From Gracilinanus agilis (taxonomy: Eukaryota), in contig NC_058130.1 of NCBI RefSeq assembly GCF_016433145.1, positions 132,729,214 to 132,793,213 on the forward strand: DNA of 64,000 nt, written 5' to 3'. This document shows positions 40,200-53,945 of this stretch, piece by piece. The notes beneath the pieces were generated by a model. It made no database searches. It was not told the origin of the DNA and saw only the letters and a list, made by a program, of their open reading frames with translations. The position numbers and the translations under genes are program-made. Every line of letters begins with the position of its first letter. The stretch's first letter is position 1.

Positions 40200-41160
40200 T
40201 CCCCTGAGTTCTCTCCACACCAAAGGCCGCGCCGTTGCAGGCCCAGCTGCTCTAGCCCACTAGCCTTGACCCCGGCCCTTCTGACCCTGGTCCTTCAATA
40301 AAGAGGCCGCAGGCTGCCCTGCTCCCTGGCCCAACCCCGGCGCTTCTCCCGGGGCTCCCGAGAACGCTGGCCTTCCCTCCGCCCGCGGGCGGCCTCCTTC
40401 ACCTCCGCCCATTGCGGCCCGCTCCACCGGCCTCCCGGGGGGCGCTGCCCTCTGGGCACTCCCCCAGACCCCGGCCTCCGAGCCCGGCCCCGCTCCAGGA
40501 CCTTCGCTCTTCCCTCCAGTCCCAGGCCCGGGAAAGGCGGGAGGGGTGGGGTGGGGTGGAGGGAGGATCCGAGTGGAAAGAAGAGAATGAGGAGGGGGGT
40601 TCCGGTTCCGGTCCCACCTGCATCTCGGTCCCCGCGGTTTGCTCCGGCGGCAGCAGCGGCGGGTCCCGCTCCCCCCCCACCCCCAACAATCAGTGACCAG
40701 CGACCAGCCGGGTACTGCGCAGGCGCCGGGACCCCTTTTTCCCTTCCAGGAAGGAAACGACCATAGATAAGTCAGCGGGGAAAGAAAGGCACGTTCCTTC
40801 TGACTTCCTCCTTCTGAGGCGCGGGAATCATAGAGATCGTTCTCCAAGGCGGTAGGAGTAAGGGCTTTCAAATGTGGAAGAGGAGAAGCTGGGAAGACTT
40901 TAAACACATCTCCGTTAGTCGCCCCTCAGGGTGATTCAAGAGACAGCCATAGAGATGGGTTAGTCGAGACTGGGATCTCCCATCTTCCGTAAAGAGAACG
41001 GAGGAAATTGGTGGGCTGACCATAGAGACGGTACTTCCAGATAGAGTGTCCCCAAACGGCCGCAAAAGTAAACTAGGGGAACGTGAAACCAGGGAGAGGA
41101 CGGCGGAGGCAATGATTAGAGGTCACCGAGGGGTCAGGTTGCCTCCTAGAGCGCCGGATC
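40200..41160. promoter_or_regulatory. CpG island, probable SH2B1 promoter and non-coding first exon
   Basis: Dense CpG/GC region 1.6-2.6 kb upstream of the first coding exon; NRF1-like TGCGCAGGCGC at 40716-40726. Confidence 0.75.
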
Positions 41161-42059
41161 CTCCTGTTCTCTGAAGGAAAGTACAGCGCCTTCTGGGGGA
41201 AGGTTATGGGAAGGCTGAGATGACCTTGAGAAAGAGCTCGCATCTCCTATCTGGGGAGTCTGGAACCTGAGTTTGTGTTGTTCCATTATTTTCAGTCGCG
41301 TCTGAATCTTTGTGACCCCTTTTTGAGGTTTTCTTGGCAAAGATATAGGAGTGATTTGCTTTTTCCTTCTAGATTGCATGTCGATAGCAATTTTAAATAT
41401 TCGTTTTGCGGATCCATATCCTTACCTTCCTTACTCCCTAAGACAACAGTTGATATGATATAGATTGCACATATATTATCCTATAATATATATTTCCATT
41501 TTGTCATTATGAAACAAGACACCGATTACACTAGAGAAAAAATTCATGGAGATGGAGAAAATTAAGTCAAGAATGGAATTCTTTTTTTTTTTTGGATGGT
41601 GTATTTTATTAATTATTTGCTTTCATTTTCTAAAATTTTAATTTCGTTGAAATATTTTGTTTTAACAGGAGTTGTTTCCCAACACACATCCAAACAAAAA
41701 ATGGGGAAGAAACACTATCTAATAAAGTTACAACCATATAGTTCTAGTTCTAGGAGGTTATAGCACTTGTCCTCTCCCTCTCCTAATAATAAGACCCTCT
41801 TAGCTCTAAACACATATGTGTGGACAGAGTTCAGTACTGGGGGAAACCTCACCTCTGAAGCTACTTTTTTGTTTGTTTTATTTTGTTTTTCTAAAATTCT
41901 CTGTCTCTTTTTGCCCTGTATCTACATCCTGGAGCCCAGAGAAAAATCACTTACATTTTTTTGTGGTTCACACCTAGCATTTTCCCAAAAGGGAATGGAA
42001 TTCTTTTCAATATTCATTGGCATTCAGGCCAGCGTTTCTTTCTATGGCAGTGGATAAAC

Positions 42060-42340
42060 TTTTTTGTCATGAGTTCTTGGAGTTAACTGGATCTTTCCCT
42101 TGTTGGTAATCGTCAAATCACTGACTGCTGATCATTCTAAGTACTGTTGTTATTGGGCAGTGAGTTCTCCTGGTTTTGCTCACTTCACTTTGCATCACTT
42201 CATATAAATCTTTACAGGGGTTTTTTATGATCATATTGTTCATCATTTCTTATGACACAATAGTATTCCATTACAATTATATACCACAATTTGTTCAGCC
42301 ATTCCCCAATTGATGGACAACTCTTCAGTTTCCCTGTCTC
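42060..42340 (-). mobile_element. LINE-1 3' fragment
   Basis: ataccacaatttgttcagccattccccaattgatgg, an L1 ORF2-end motif. Confidence 0.75.
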
Positions 42341-42344
42341 TGCC

Positions 42345-42508
42345 ATTTCCTTCTCTCTCATTTTACAGATGAGAAAATGGAGGCAAACAGGATTAAGTAA
42401 CTTGCCCAGGATCACATAGGTAATTAAATGTGTAAGGCTGTATTTGAACTCAGGTCTTCTGAACTCCAGGACTGGCATTCTGTCTACTATGCCACCTAGG
42501 TGCAGCTG
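42345..42508 (-). mobile_element. CORE-type SINE
   Basis: cattttacagatgagaaa...acttgcccagg...tttgaactcagg. Confidence 0.75.
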
Positions 42509-43231
42509 AATTTTTATGACCTTGATTGACCTTTTTCTGGGGAAGATACCTTTTTCTCTTGGGTCTTCATACCCTTTTATGCCAGTTGTACAGCTGTCAG
42601 GAAAGCCTTAAAACTTCTGCTTCTTTCCCTCAGCTCATGGGGTGAGGGTATAACAGCCTAAGTACTAACAAAAACCTACCTTGTTAGCCTCCTATCATGT
42701 TAATAGTTTATCAGACAGCACGATGTCCTGAGAAGAAGAGGAAAACCTGAATCTTAATCCTCTTCTGTTAAATAAGGAGAAAACCTCTATGGTCTCTTCT
42801 AGTGCTAGATAATAATACATGAAACAGCTAGTTGGCATAGGAATCTCGGGAATAGCCAAAACTCTAGTACTAAACTTGAAGAACAATGAAATCATGAGAC
42901 CAGTGAAATCAGATCACTTTAAGTGAAGATTCCCCAGAGGATTGTGTTTTGTTTCCAGGATTCTATGTTAGAGACTTATATTTTTCATTAACATATATAA
43001 CATTGGGTAATGAAGAGGGCTGGATGTGGAGTCAAAGGAAACTGGGATTCAAGCCTAGGTCCTAACTCTTATTGGCTTTGTGATCCCCTTGATCTCTCTG
43101 AGACTTAGTTTATTAGTAAACCGGTGATTATACTTGCACTACATATCTCATGGAGTCTTCATAAGGACAGCATTTTGTCCTTAGCAAAAATGCTTTGCAT
43201 ATTTTAAAAGGCTATATAAATGTAAATTTTT

Positions 43232-43435
43232 GTTTTGTTTTTGCCTTTTTTTACATTTTTTAAACCCTTCACTTCTGTGTATTGGCTCCTAGGTGGAAGA
43301 GTGGTAAGGGTGGGCAATGGGGGTCAAGTGACTTGCCCAGGGTCACACAGCTGGGAAGTGTCTGAGGTTGGATTTGAACCCAGGACCTCCCATCTCTAGG
43401 CCTGGCTCTCAATTCACTGAGCTACCCAGCTGCCC
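43232..43435 (-). mobile_element. SINE1_Mdo-like SINE
   Basis: 15-bp TSD taaatgtaaattttt. Confidence 0.92.
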
Positions 43436-43959
43436 TAAATGTAAATTTTTATGATTAGAATGAGGCTGTGGGAGGCCTGAAAAGACCAATGTAAAGGGGA
43501 AAATTATGGTTGGATTTCATCTTCACACCAAGTATGTGTTTCTATGAAGTCATGGATTTCTTAGCAAGATTGAGAAATTTTCTCCCAAGGTACTTGATAC
43601 AAAATCACTAATGAGAAAGATAAACCCAGGATCTCACAAATTCAGGGATTGTCCATGAAGAGGAAAACACAAAGCTGGAAAATACCCATTCTCAGTTTGG
43701 TTAGTCATGGACCTTTGCTTAAAAAAAAAAAAAAAAACAGAAACACACACACAAAAAAGGCAACTATGACATATCTCAGGATTCTAGTCTCAAATTTTTC
43801 AGGAAAAGCATAGGCTATATTCATCATGTGCTTCTTGTATCAGCTGATATTGCTACTCCTGGGGAGGATGTAGGGGGCTTCTTCCTTGCTGCCTTGGGTA
43901 CTAGAAACCCAAAGAAAAGAAAGTTCATGAAAAGAGTAATGAAAATGAAGAGAGCTTTT

Positions 43960-45108
43960 TGTTTTTCAATTTATTTAAAAAATATTAATATTTTCTCCAA
44001 TTAAACTCCCCTCCAATTAGACAAGAAAATAAACAAGAAAACTGACACACACAAAAATATAGTCCAGCAAAAATAAATTCCCACATTGGCCCTTGCCAAA
44101 AATGTATCTCATTCTGCATTTTAAGTCCATCAGCTCCCTGATAGATAGCTTCACTTATCTTTAGTCCTCTGCATCATGGCTTATTGATCAGAGTTTTAAA
44201 GTGTTTCAAAATCAAGTAGATCTAGGAGACTATTGTATACAGTTAACAGTAATATTGTGATCAACTATGACTTAGCTATTTTCAGCAATCCAATGATCCA
44301 AGAAAATTCTGAAAGACTTATGATGAAAAATGCTATCTGCCTCCAGAGAAAGAACTGATAAAGTCTGAATGCAGATCAAAGCATATAATTTTTCATTTTA
44401 TTTTGTTTGTGGGTATGTTTACTTTTTTTTTTTTTTATATGTGTTTTTCATAGTAAGACATATGGAAATGTTTTGCAGGATATCAAATGTATAATCTTTA
44501 TCAAATTGCTTGCCATCATAGGGAGAATGTAGAGGAAGGAGGGAGAGAATTTGGAACTCAAAATTCAGGAAACTAATGCTAAAAATTGTTTTTAAATGTA
44601 ATTAGGAAAAACAAGATATTGGGAAATTTTTGTTTTTTGTTCTTTATAATGTTGTTCTAATTCTGCTAACTTCACTCAGTATCAGTTCTTAGACATCTTC
44701 CTAGGTTTCTCTAAAACTATCCATTTCCTAATTTCTCACAGAGTAATAATAGTCTATTGTATTCATATACCATAATTTGTTTAGCCATTCCCCAATAAAC
44801 AGACATTACCACCTTAGTTTCCAGTTTCAAAATATTATGGAAAGAGCTGCTGTATTTTTATACATATGGGTCCTTTTCCACTTTGATTTCTCTGGGAGTT
44901 AGCCCTACTAGTGGTATTGCTAGGTAAAAGGCATGTAAATTTTATAGATTTATGGGACATACTTCTAAATTGTTTTCCAGAATGACTAAACCAATTCAAA
45001 GCTCCACTAACAAAGCTCCATTAGCATGCCTGTTTTCTTTCCTTCAACTACTTTGTCATTTTCCCTTTTTTGTCAGATTTGCCAATCTGATAGGTATAAG
45101 GTAAAACC
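43960..45108 (-). mobile_element. LINE-1 fragment (continues at 47061-47366 and after 52945)
   Basis: L1 ORF2 antisense motifs; sequence resumes across the LTR insertions. Confidence 0.7.
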
Positions 45109-47060
45109 TGAAGGAAGGAATTTGCAGAAACATGCAAGCAATGGGAAAATGCAGAAAAGCAAGCAGAGAAGCTTCGGAATATTCATGGGGAAGAATTCTG
45201 AGAGCAATGGAATCCAGGGGAGACTGTTGAAATCCTCAAGGTCTTTTGGAGCTTGAACTCTGGTGGGAGACAGCTCTGGACCAATTCTCCTGATCCAAAC
45301 AGCAATTTCCTATACAAAGCGATTCCTGAGAAGAGACTTGTTAAAATCCTGTTCCTGTCCTGAATACCTGGAAATCTCTACCTGTGTGGACTCTAACAAG
45401 AAGCAGTTTTACTGAAGGACTTGCCCAGAGGGAAAACTGACAGAGCCAGTAGGAGTTCTCATCGCCTGATCTGCTAACAGCCTAGAGACTATTGATCCAT
45501 TGTTTTAGCCTAGGGTTAATTATTGATAGGAAACAACAAGATCTCTTAGGATTTTCCATGGTTACCTAGGCTAAGGCAGAGGATTGGACCTTGTCACCCA
45601 TGTTGGGGTATTAGCCAGGGCTCTTATAACCTCTTTCCTGATCTACCCATACTACCCTGTTAAATAAATCTTTCAACTTATAGGAAAGCAGTCAGATTGA
45701 TTCACTGGAAAGAATAAAAAGAGACTGGTGGGTGGAGGTATTTTACTATGGAGGGAGAGCTTTCTCAGACTCAGGTAAGCCAGACTCCTGAGTTGCCTGA
45801 TACTATTCTCTCTCTGGCAGTTTTCTGTTCAGAGGAGTTCACTAAAGGAGGGCTAGGTCAAAGCAAAACTTCCTAGCCAACAGCTTATTTTTTTCCTCCT
45901 GAGATATTCTCTATCTTGACACAGACTGTTGCATCATCTTGCCCACCATTCTACTCTGGATAGAGACGAGAGTAGCCATTTGTTCTTTGTCTTAGGGGGT
46001 AATACCCTGACAGGTCAAGTTGCCCAAACCAAGGGACCATTCAACAATAACAACAACCCAGGAGTTTTCCCTACCTTCTTTTAGAGAAAAGCAATCATCT
46101 TTTATTCTCTGTCCCTGAGGGAAATACCCTGTGTAAAAAAAAAAAAAAGGCTCTACAGGCTTATAATAAGGAGGAGGGACTGTTGTACCAGTAAGTCTCC
46201 AGGGAGCCTACAATTCTAGTATTTGTTGATTTGGGACAGCCAGGGATGTGAGGTTCTGAACTGAGATGAGTAGTCAGTTTCTCCGCTGTCTGTAGGCTCC
46301 TTTAAGGTGAGGAGGGAGGAGCCCTCCTTGCTGGTGAGAAGCCCACAGGAAGTGAACCTGGTTCACTTCCTGAATAAAATGGATGCCTGGTCTAAACCCT
46401 TCTGGAAACAAGTGGTAACTGTTCTCCTTCTCCTCAGCCCCTGGCCCTGGTTGATGATATGAATGAATCACTGATACTCTCAGAATCAGACCAGTGGGTT
46501 TATTAAACACAAAGGTAAACTGAGGGAAGAGGGTTGAGGTCTGGAAAAGCTGTTGCTATGGGTGAATGGCCAGTGCTGGCAGAGGGTCTCCGAAGGTAAG
46601 ATCAGGCTGAGGGAATCAGGCCCTCAGCCAGGGATATATTCCACTGCCCTGATGTAGAGTGCTCAACCGGCTTGATAAATGAGGGTAATGATTTGGTTTA
46701 GGGGTGTTCTGGCTAGGTTAAGCTAACTAATTTTTCCCACGTTCCACCTCCCACCAAGTCCCTCCTCCCGGGGCCCAAGGGGAAGTCCAGGGGGGTAGCT
46801 GGATGTCTCGAAGAGGTCAAGGAAATCAGCCCCCCAGGTTGGTTCTCCAGGGATATTTATAGTCCCAGCCCCAACGGTCTTTTCTTGAGACCAGGGACTT
46901 GCTGGGTCAACATTCTGTTCCCCTAACTGCCAGGATTGCTTCAAGTGATTTTGCAAATGCAAGAGATCTTGCATCAATCCATTACACCTGTAGACCTGGT
47001 TAAGCTAAACTCAAGTCATCTGTTCTATCTCTTACAGGGCATCTTTCCTACTTTTTAACA
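45109..47060. mobile_element. LTR-type insertion (probably two nested or adjacent LTRs) within the L1
   Basis: TG...CA ends with 4-bp TSD aacc; aataaa in the left part; tttatt and reversed TATA in the right part. Confidence 0.55.
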
Positions 47061-49854
47061 AACCTTAGTGTGGCTTTAATATGTATTTCTCTATTAATTG
47101 ATTTGAAACATTTTATCACATAGTTGTTGATGGCTTGGATTTCTTCCTTTAAAATTCCTTGTTCATGTTCTTCAGATGTTTACTTATTGGGGAATGCTCT
47201 TATTCTTCTAAATTTGAATCCGTATATCTCAGAAATGAGACCTTTATCAGAAAAAAGTTGTTGCAAAGATTTTTTTTCCCCAATTACTTTTTCTTTTCTA
47301 ATTTTAATTGCATTTTTTGTACAAAACCTTTTAAATTTTATGCAATCAAAATTATCCATTTCATCTTGTATAATTGGAATCTGAACCCTAGAAGTACAAT
47401 TCCCAGCACCCCACTCTCCTCCTCATGTTACATGCTGATGTAGGCAGGATATAAATTTTATGTAGCCCTGCCTCTCTCTCTTTCTGGGTTCCTGTTTGGT
47501 GGAGGTGGTATGAGGTGAGTGGCAGGAGAATCTACTCTTGTGGCCTTATATTTTGTTAGATAATTACATTTTTATTCCTTTACTTCAAGTGATTATTAAT
47601 AAACTATAAAATATAATACTTGGAGTGTTAGATATTAATTTAAATCTTACATTTATGGCGACCAGAAGTCTGGAGTTTAAGCCCCTAGCTCTGCTCTAAG
47701 TTGTAGAGCAGTTTTTATAGACAGATTAGTTTAAAAAGCCTCCTCCCCACCACTGCCATTCCTACCTCCCTCACTAACTGCCTGGGGGATCCTTGCTGAG
47801 CCTGCAGCTGCCTCCAGAACTTCCCATTGCTGATTGCCTCATGGAAGGGTAAGATCTAAATCTCATTTTCTCCTCTTATACTGAAAGCAACTGGATAGCC
47901 ATTGTTCTCTGTGTGTTTTTTATTTTTTTTAGCAACAATTAGCCTCTAACTCTCCTGACTTTCACTTGGGGGAAGCTACCATCTCTCAGTCCATAATCTC
48001 AGAGTGTTGGAGGAAGTTAATAATTTCAGCTCAGTTTTGTTTTTTTGTTTTGATATTAGAAGGTATTAATTATTGGGCTAAATTGAGAAAGTTTAGCCTT
48101 ATCTTACTCCTAGAAGTTTGCTCTCTCTTTAAAGCCTTTCTTAAAACCCCACAGGGGTTTTAAGCATGGTAGCTGCTTAAACCCTTTTTGCTTTCCCAGA
48201 CCAGCTCAGCTAAGCAGATCTGAGGAGTTTTTACCTTCACGGTGCCTAAAATAGAAAGCTTTTGTTTTCCCTTATTAACTTAGCCTCCAGCTGAAGCTTT
48301 TTGGGCTGCCCTCCATTCAAAGGCTGATTGGGGTGTCTCCATATACTAGCCTTGTGAGATCTTTACTCCTAGCCAGTGCATACTAGACTAGCTCCACCTA
48401 CTAAAAGGAAGTAGTTTTGTAACCAATTTAATAAGTAGAATTGCAAGCATGGCCCAATTTCTTGCCTATCTCAAATAGCTCCCATTCTGGGAGAGCATTA
48501 CAGAGTTCCCACAGCTCAAAGTTTTGGGGTTTCTTTTCTTACTGCTGTTCCTGGGTACACTTGTCCTTGTGATTAGCTTGAGTAATCCTGAGATTTGGGG
48601 CGGAGATTCATCTCCCTACACCTCCTTTGCCATTTTGGCCTGCCCAGTCTCTGCAACACACCCAATATGGGGTTCATCCACACTATGCCCAGTGCAGGTA
48701 TGGGGAACCCCAGAGGTGTGACCAAAGGAATCTAGATGGATGATGATACTGGGGAGGGGAAGGAACCTTAAAAGAGTCTGGAGGTGAATTTTTAAGCCTT
48801 TTCAGATTCCATTGTTTTGTTGATGTTAACTGTTCTAGTTTGCTCCCCTCCAGATAGTGAAGAAGTCTCTATAAAGCAGCTATTGGAAATGCAGAAAAGG
48901 ACTCTTGAATTCAGTGCCTATATCCTGTCACATATATTTTATTTGCTGATTGTTTGCTTTAAAACTTAATTTTTTTTAGATCACATATAGATCTAATCTA
49001 ATATGTTCTGTTACACTGAATCATTTTAAATTACTGTGTTTTGACCATTAACTGTATGTGCTGTTACATTGTCTTTATTTGTACCTCCCCCTATGACTAG
49101 ACTGGAGAAAATACCATTGTAAAAGTCCATAAGCAACTTACGAAAACCCTTTTCTGTGGCAAAAGTCCTGTGGCATAGGTCCTTATGGATGCGGGTTTCT
49201 CACCAGATCCATCAAGGTCACATGTTGCCTAAATGGCCTTTTGTTCCTTTTTGTCTTTGTTAATTGTCATATAGATGATGATGGATGGATTCCATCAAAC
49301 TGGTTACAACCTGTATACAATCTTTGGAGAATTTAATGACCTAAAAATTTAAATTGACTTTAAGGGGTCTTCATAAGTGATTTTTCAGGATATCTAGGAG
49401 CACCACTACCTCTGACTGATAATTTGCCTTTGAGTTGTTTGTAACAAAAGGTAAGGGTCCATTTAATAGTTGAAGTGCAGTGCAATAGCACTATTGTATT
49501 CCCCACCTCCGCATTTATTAAAAATGTAATGGATGAGGTATCAGAAGTGATTTTCACTATTGTAGTCCTTGCCTCCACATTGCAATGTATGGAACTTATA
49601 AAAACATGCCTTTTACCACTGTTATAGTCTCATACTAGAGAAGGGAGGTATTCCAAAAGGCTTGGTAACCCCATGATGGGTTATAATCTCATCTGGGAGG
49701 TGGGAAGTTTTTCCCAGGGGGCTTTGTAACCACTAGAAGGTTTTTTTTTTTTTATTTGTAACTCTTCAGCTTATTCTATCTTTCCACCAGAATGATATAG
49801 ATTCTTGGTGACATTTTAGACTCAAAAGGTTTCATCAGCAGTATAGAAGTTTGT

Positions 49855-50637
49855 TGGGAGTTTTTTTTCCCCTGTGTTCTTCTGCCACATTTTGGAATGA
49901 TGGCAGTAATAGACTTTGCTAAAAATATCTCAGCCAAGGTTGAAAGTTTGGCTAGATCTGAAGAACTTGTGAGAAGTGTTATGAGTAAGATTAGATTAGC
50001 TAGTTATTAGGTATTGATTATATATTGATTAGGAAGTACCTAGCAGAAAGGAGCTGGAGCTGGGAATTTCAGGTTGGAATGAAGGAGGAAGAAGTCTATC
50101 TGTGTTCTGTGTGTGGACTCCATTAGTGGTAGGCAAAAACTGTTGCCAGCCTGGGAGACCTCAGAGCAAAGGACACCCTATTTCCTGTTTTCCCCTGGAT
50201 TCTGTGTGGTGTGGCATCTAAAAAGGACAAAATCTACAAAGCCAAGAGAAGAGGTGAAATTGGAGTTCTGGTGGACAGTGCTCCAAGCAAAACCCTTTCT
50301 ACTTGGTTCCTGAGACATCTTTAGCTCCTGGCATCCAGAGATCATCAGTGGATTGCAGTGAGAAATCCCAAAGCCACAAACCCTAGCTGCACTCAAGCCT
50401 GGCAGGTTCCAGGTGTGAGGCAGAAACCCAAAGACTCCCGTATAGCTCCTTGGGCCCTGTTAGTTAGATAGCTTAGATTAGTGTAGTTGAATAAGTCCTT
50501 CCCTGTCCCTTTGGGTTTTATTAGGTGTTAAGATTTTAGAGTAGTCATTTCTATCCCTCCTTTTAGTTGTTTCTAATTAAAACCCAATTTCACCTTGTTA
50601 CCTTGTCAGTTAATTCAAGGCCTCTGGCCAGAGTGAC
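49855..50637 (+). mobile_element. Probable solo LTR nested in the ERV interior
   Basis: LTR-like composition ending attaaaa...gtgaca; left boundary uncertain. Confidence 0.45.
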
Positions 50638-50958
50638 AGTTGGCTGTTATTTTTTCAGTTGGGAGTGGTGTAGCTGTACAAGACTTCAGTGTTCAGTTTT
50701 AGTCTCTCTTACATCCCAGAGAGTGTTCCCACAAACCCCATAGTTGATTTTTAATATCCCTGGTGACTCCATTACTTATATTTTCCTACAGAAGTATCCA
50801 TGAGCTTCAAAGGTTGTTTGTTTCTTTAATGTCACATATCAACTCAAGTGAATCCTGTATGATAGCAGGTTTGTGTGCTATTGTCATTAAATGAGCTCTT
50901 GTGATTTGGAGGATTTTGGTACTTCTTTGAATGTGCATCACTTGGTATACTACTGTTT

Positions 50959-51144
50959 GTTTTTTTTAAAACCCTTGTACTTCGGTGTATTGTCTCATAG
51001 GTGGAAGATTGGTAAGGGTGGGCAATGGGGTCAAGTGACTTGCCCAGGGTCACACAGCTGGGAAGTGGCTGAGGCCGGGTTTGAACCTAGGACCTCCTGT
51101 CTCTAGGCCTAACTCTCACTCCACTGAGCTACCCAGCTGCCCCC
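50959..51144 (-). mobile_element. Very young SINE1_Mdo-like SINE
   Basis: 13-bp TSD tatactactgttt; near-identical to 54399-54611. Confidence 0.92.
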
Positions 51145-52712
51145 TATACTACTGTTTTATAAAGCTGTTACCTGGTAAAAAATTATGTACACTCACACTG
51201 TGGATCAAGGCCAAATTAAAAAGGAAATGGATCTTATTTTTGGGTGAGAAACCTTTGTATTGCACCTCTCCTTGGCAAACACAATGTGTCACTGATTATG
51301 AACTATATATTTTTTATTTTTTATTGTTTTTCTTTGTATGTATAATAAAGTATTTGAGTCTTCTTTTTCCTCTAATTTTTTGTACTTGAAGCACATGATA
51401 CTAGTATTAATGTTTTCTTGATTTTGCACTAATATAAGTTTACAATATCCATTAGCCCTAATGTTAATGCATAGCCAAAAGCTTTAGACTATGGAAACCA
51501 GCCACTGATTGTTAAATATTATGGGACTTTAATTTATGATTGTGTCTGATTCCAGGAGAAGGGATCACAAAAGAGCCATTATACAGTGCCAAGAAGCACA
51601 AAAGTCAAGAAGACCAACCAATCCCAGTGGGATTGATGAGAATCTGCGCCAAGACAGAGGACTTGTTTTGGGGTTCAAGGAAGTGGCTGTTTGACAACAT
51701 CAGATGCAGGATTTACCCGTGCCGGACTCAGACAAAGTACCTCAGTTTTGTGACCATTATGGCTCCCCTATCACTGAGAGCAAAAATAAAATCAGACAAG
51801 GGAATGATATTTCCCATTTGCTACAAAAATCTAGTCCCTTTTCTGTCTTTCATGGTATGGCAATTTTCTGTAGTTCTGGCTGTTGATTGGGTAAGTGCAT
51901 ATTGCTGCAATGGTCCTATAGGCTTGTGGGACATAAATCACTTTATTAGGCCCTGATTCTAGGATTTGTTATGGGCTTATTCTTGCTTACTCAGAATTTT
52001 TATATACAATTTAATTTTGATTTTTTTTCTTCTATATATTTTGTTTTTTACTTCCTTTTTACAGTTGATTCACATACCTGGTAACTCAGCCATGTATCCC
52101 TGGGTGATCTATGTGTTTGTCAACAGCTCCTCTGGGGAGATTGTATAATTGGAATATAATTCTACATTTATACATTTTTTCTTGTTTGAGAGTAATTTTA
52201 GAATAAAAAAACTTGCTACTTCCTGAATCAAGAGAGTGAGCTGTTTGTTGAAGGCACCATGGAGATGCCTGCAGAAACCACACACTGCACCAGAAGATCC
52301 AGAATGGACTTTGGGATATAGTGAAATTGAACTGTGGCGGGTAGAACATATTTATTTTGAATGTAAACTCTTATGCCAAAGGGGACTGCCCCCTAATTGG
52401 CCTTTTGTCAATGCACCTAGCAATCATTAGTTTTGTTCTCTTTCTTTTTTATTTCCCTCTTATCCCCAAGTTATTGTAATTTCCCCTTAGAAAGTGCAAT
52501 ATTGTATGTACCTCTAGTTGAAGCTCTTTAGCTAAAAGTTGGTTATGTTTATTGATTCCATAGGGAAACTAGGCATGTAAATCTGGGAGATTTCTACATG
52601 CTTGTTTTCCATGGGAATCACAGTGGGTGGAGATTGTATAATTGGAATCTGAACCCCAGAACTACAATTCCTAGTACTCCTCCTCATGGCAGGATATAAA
52701 TTTTGTGTTGCC

Positions 52713-52752
<40 letters not shown>

Positions 52753-53909
52753 TCCCCCCCCACCCCTTCCTGTAATCCCATTTGGTAGTGTTGGTGTGGT
52801 ATGAGGTGAGTGGCAGGAGAATCTACTCATGTGGCCTTATATTTTGTTAGATAATTACCTTTTCATTCCTTTACTTCAAGTGATTATTAATAAACTTTAT
52901 AAAATATAATACTTAGAGGGTTGGATATTAATTTAAATCTTATAATCTTCTATGATTCTTTCTCTTTGGTCATAAATTCTACCCAGAAGTAAACGTACAC
53001 AGCTCATTTTTATAGATCACAAGAAGGATAGTTTTGATAAGAATACATACCCCCTGCTTTTCAGAAAATGGTCATCTTTTTTTTTTTTTTAAACCCTTAC
53101 CTTCTATCTTAGAATCAATACTACATGGTCATCTTTAAGGTAGCCTCAGTCACTAGGGATCAATAAGAGGAATTCACTATGCTTTCTCAGCAAGAGACTA
53201 TGGCACCTGTGTGGCTCCATGTGAGGTGTGCTCGTCTAACAAAAGTATCTAGTTGGGAGGCTCACTACATTGATCAGTGCTCTGACCATCCCTGCTACAA
53301 ATATAAGCTTCATAGTAGGGGCACAAAGTACTTTAAGAACTCTGAAAAAAGGAATCCTTCAGACTGAAGTTTTTGGCAAATGTTACACTAAGTAAGGAGG
53401 CATTTGAACTGGGTCTTGAAGCTGGATATGGTTCAACTAGATGAAAAGTATAAAGACATTACAGGTGGAACTGAAACAGACCAGAAAATTAAATTGTACT
53501 TAGGTGAACAAGTTGGCTGCAATTTAAAGATAAAAGAAAACAGTGAGAGCTGAGATGGGAAAAGGTAAGGTAAACAGTGGTCAAATGGTAGAGGGTCTTA
53601 AATTGTAAGCCAAAGAGTTTGGATTTTATCCAGTAAAAATAATAATTGCTCACATTTCTATAGATCTTTAAGGTTTTAAAAACACTTTCCTTCTTATAAC
53701 AACTTTGTGAAGTAATATTGATGAAGTTAATTCTTACTGGATCTCATCCAAAGGATTGTTTGATAACTCAATTGACTCTATTCCAAGGAAACAAGCTGTA
53801 TTACAAGAGAATATAGTAACAGAGTAGCTAGTATAGTAAGTAAAGTCCTGTAAGGAAGTAAGGAGGTGTGGTAAGTAAAAGTAGTCAGAGAGTGAGGAGT
53901 ATGAAAGGT

Positions 53910-53945
53910 AAGAGAGAGAGAGAGAGTGTGTGTGTGTGTGTGTGT
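53910..53945. repeat. (GA)n(GT)n microsatellite
   Basis: Read directly from sequence. Confidence 0.9.

Larger units (their letters stand above)
47367..52944 (+). mobile_element. Degenerate two-LTR endogenous retrovirus (LTRs 47367-47651 and 52635-52944)
   Basis: Homologous LTRs, 4-bp TSD atct, PBS-like tggcgaccagaag at 47656, purine-rich tract before the 3' LTR, no intact gag/pol ORF. Confidence 0.85.

Noticed and set aside
40260-40907. 215-aa GC-rich ORF
   Set aside because: Typical stop-poor CpG-island artefact
49360-49578. Possible retroviral protease remnant (ITFLINAEVG)
   Set aside because: No DTG/DSG catalytic motif, and the strand is opposite to the ERV; would need an HMM search
51540-51956. 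138-aa ORF with a hydrophobic C-terminus, possibly an env remnant
   Set aside because: No furin site, immunosuppressive domain or CX6CC recognised; position alone is not enough
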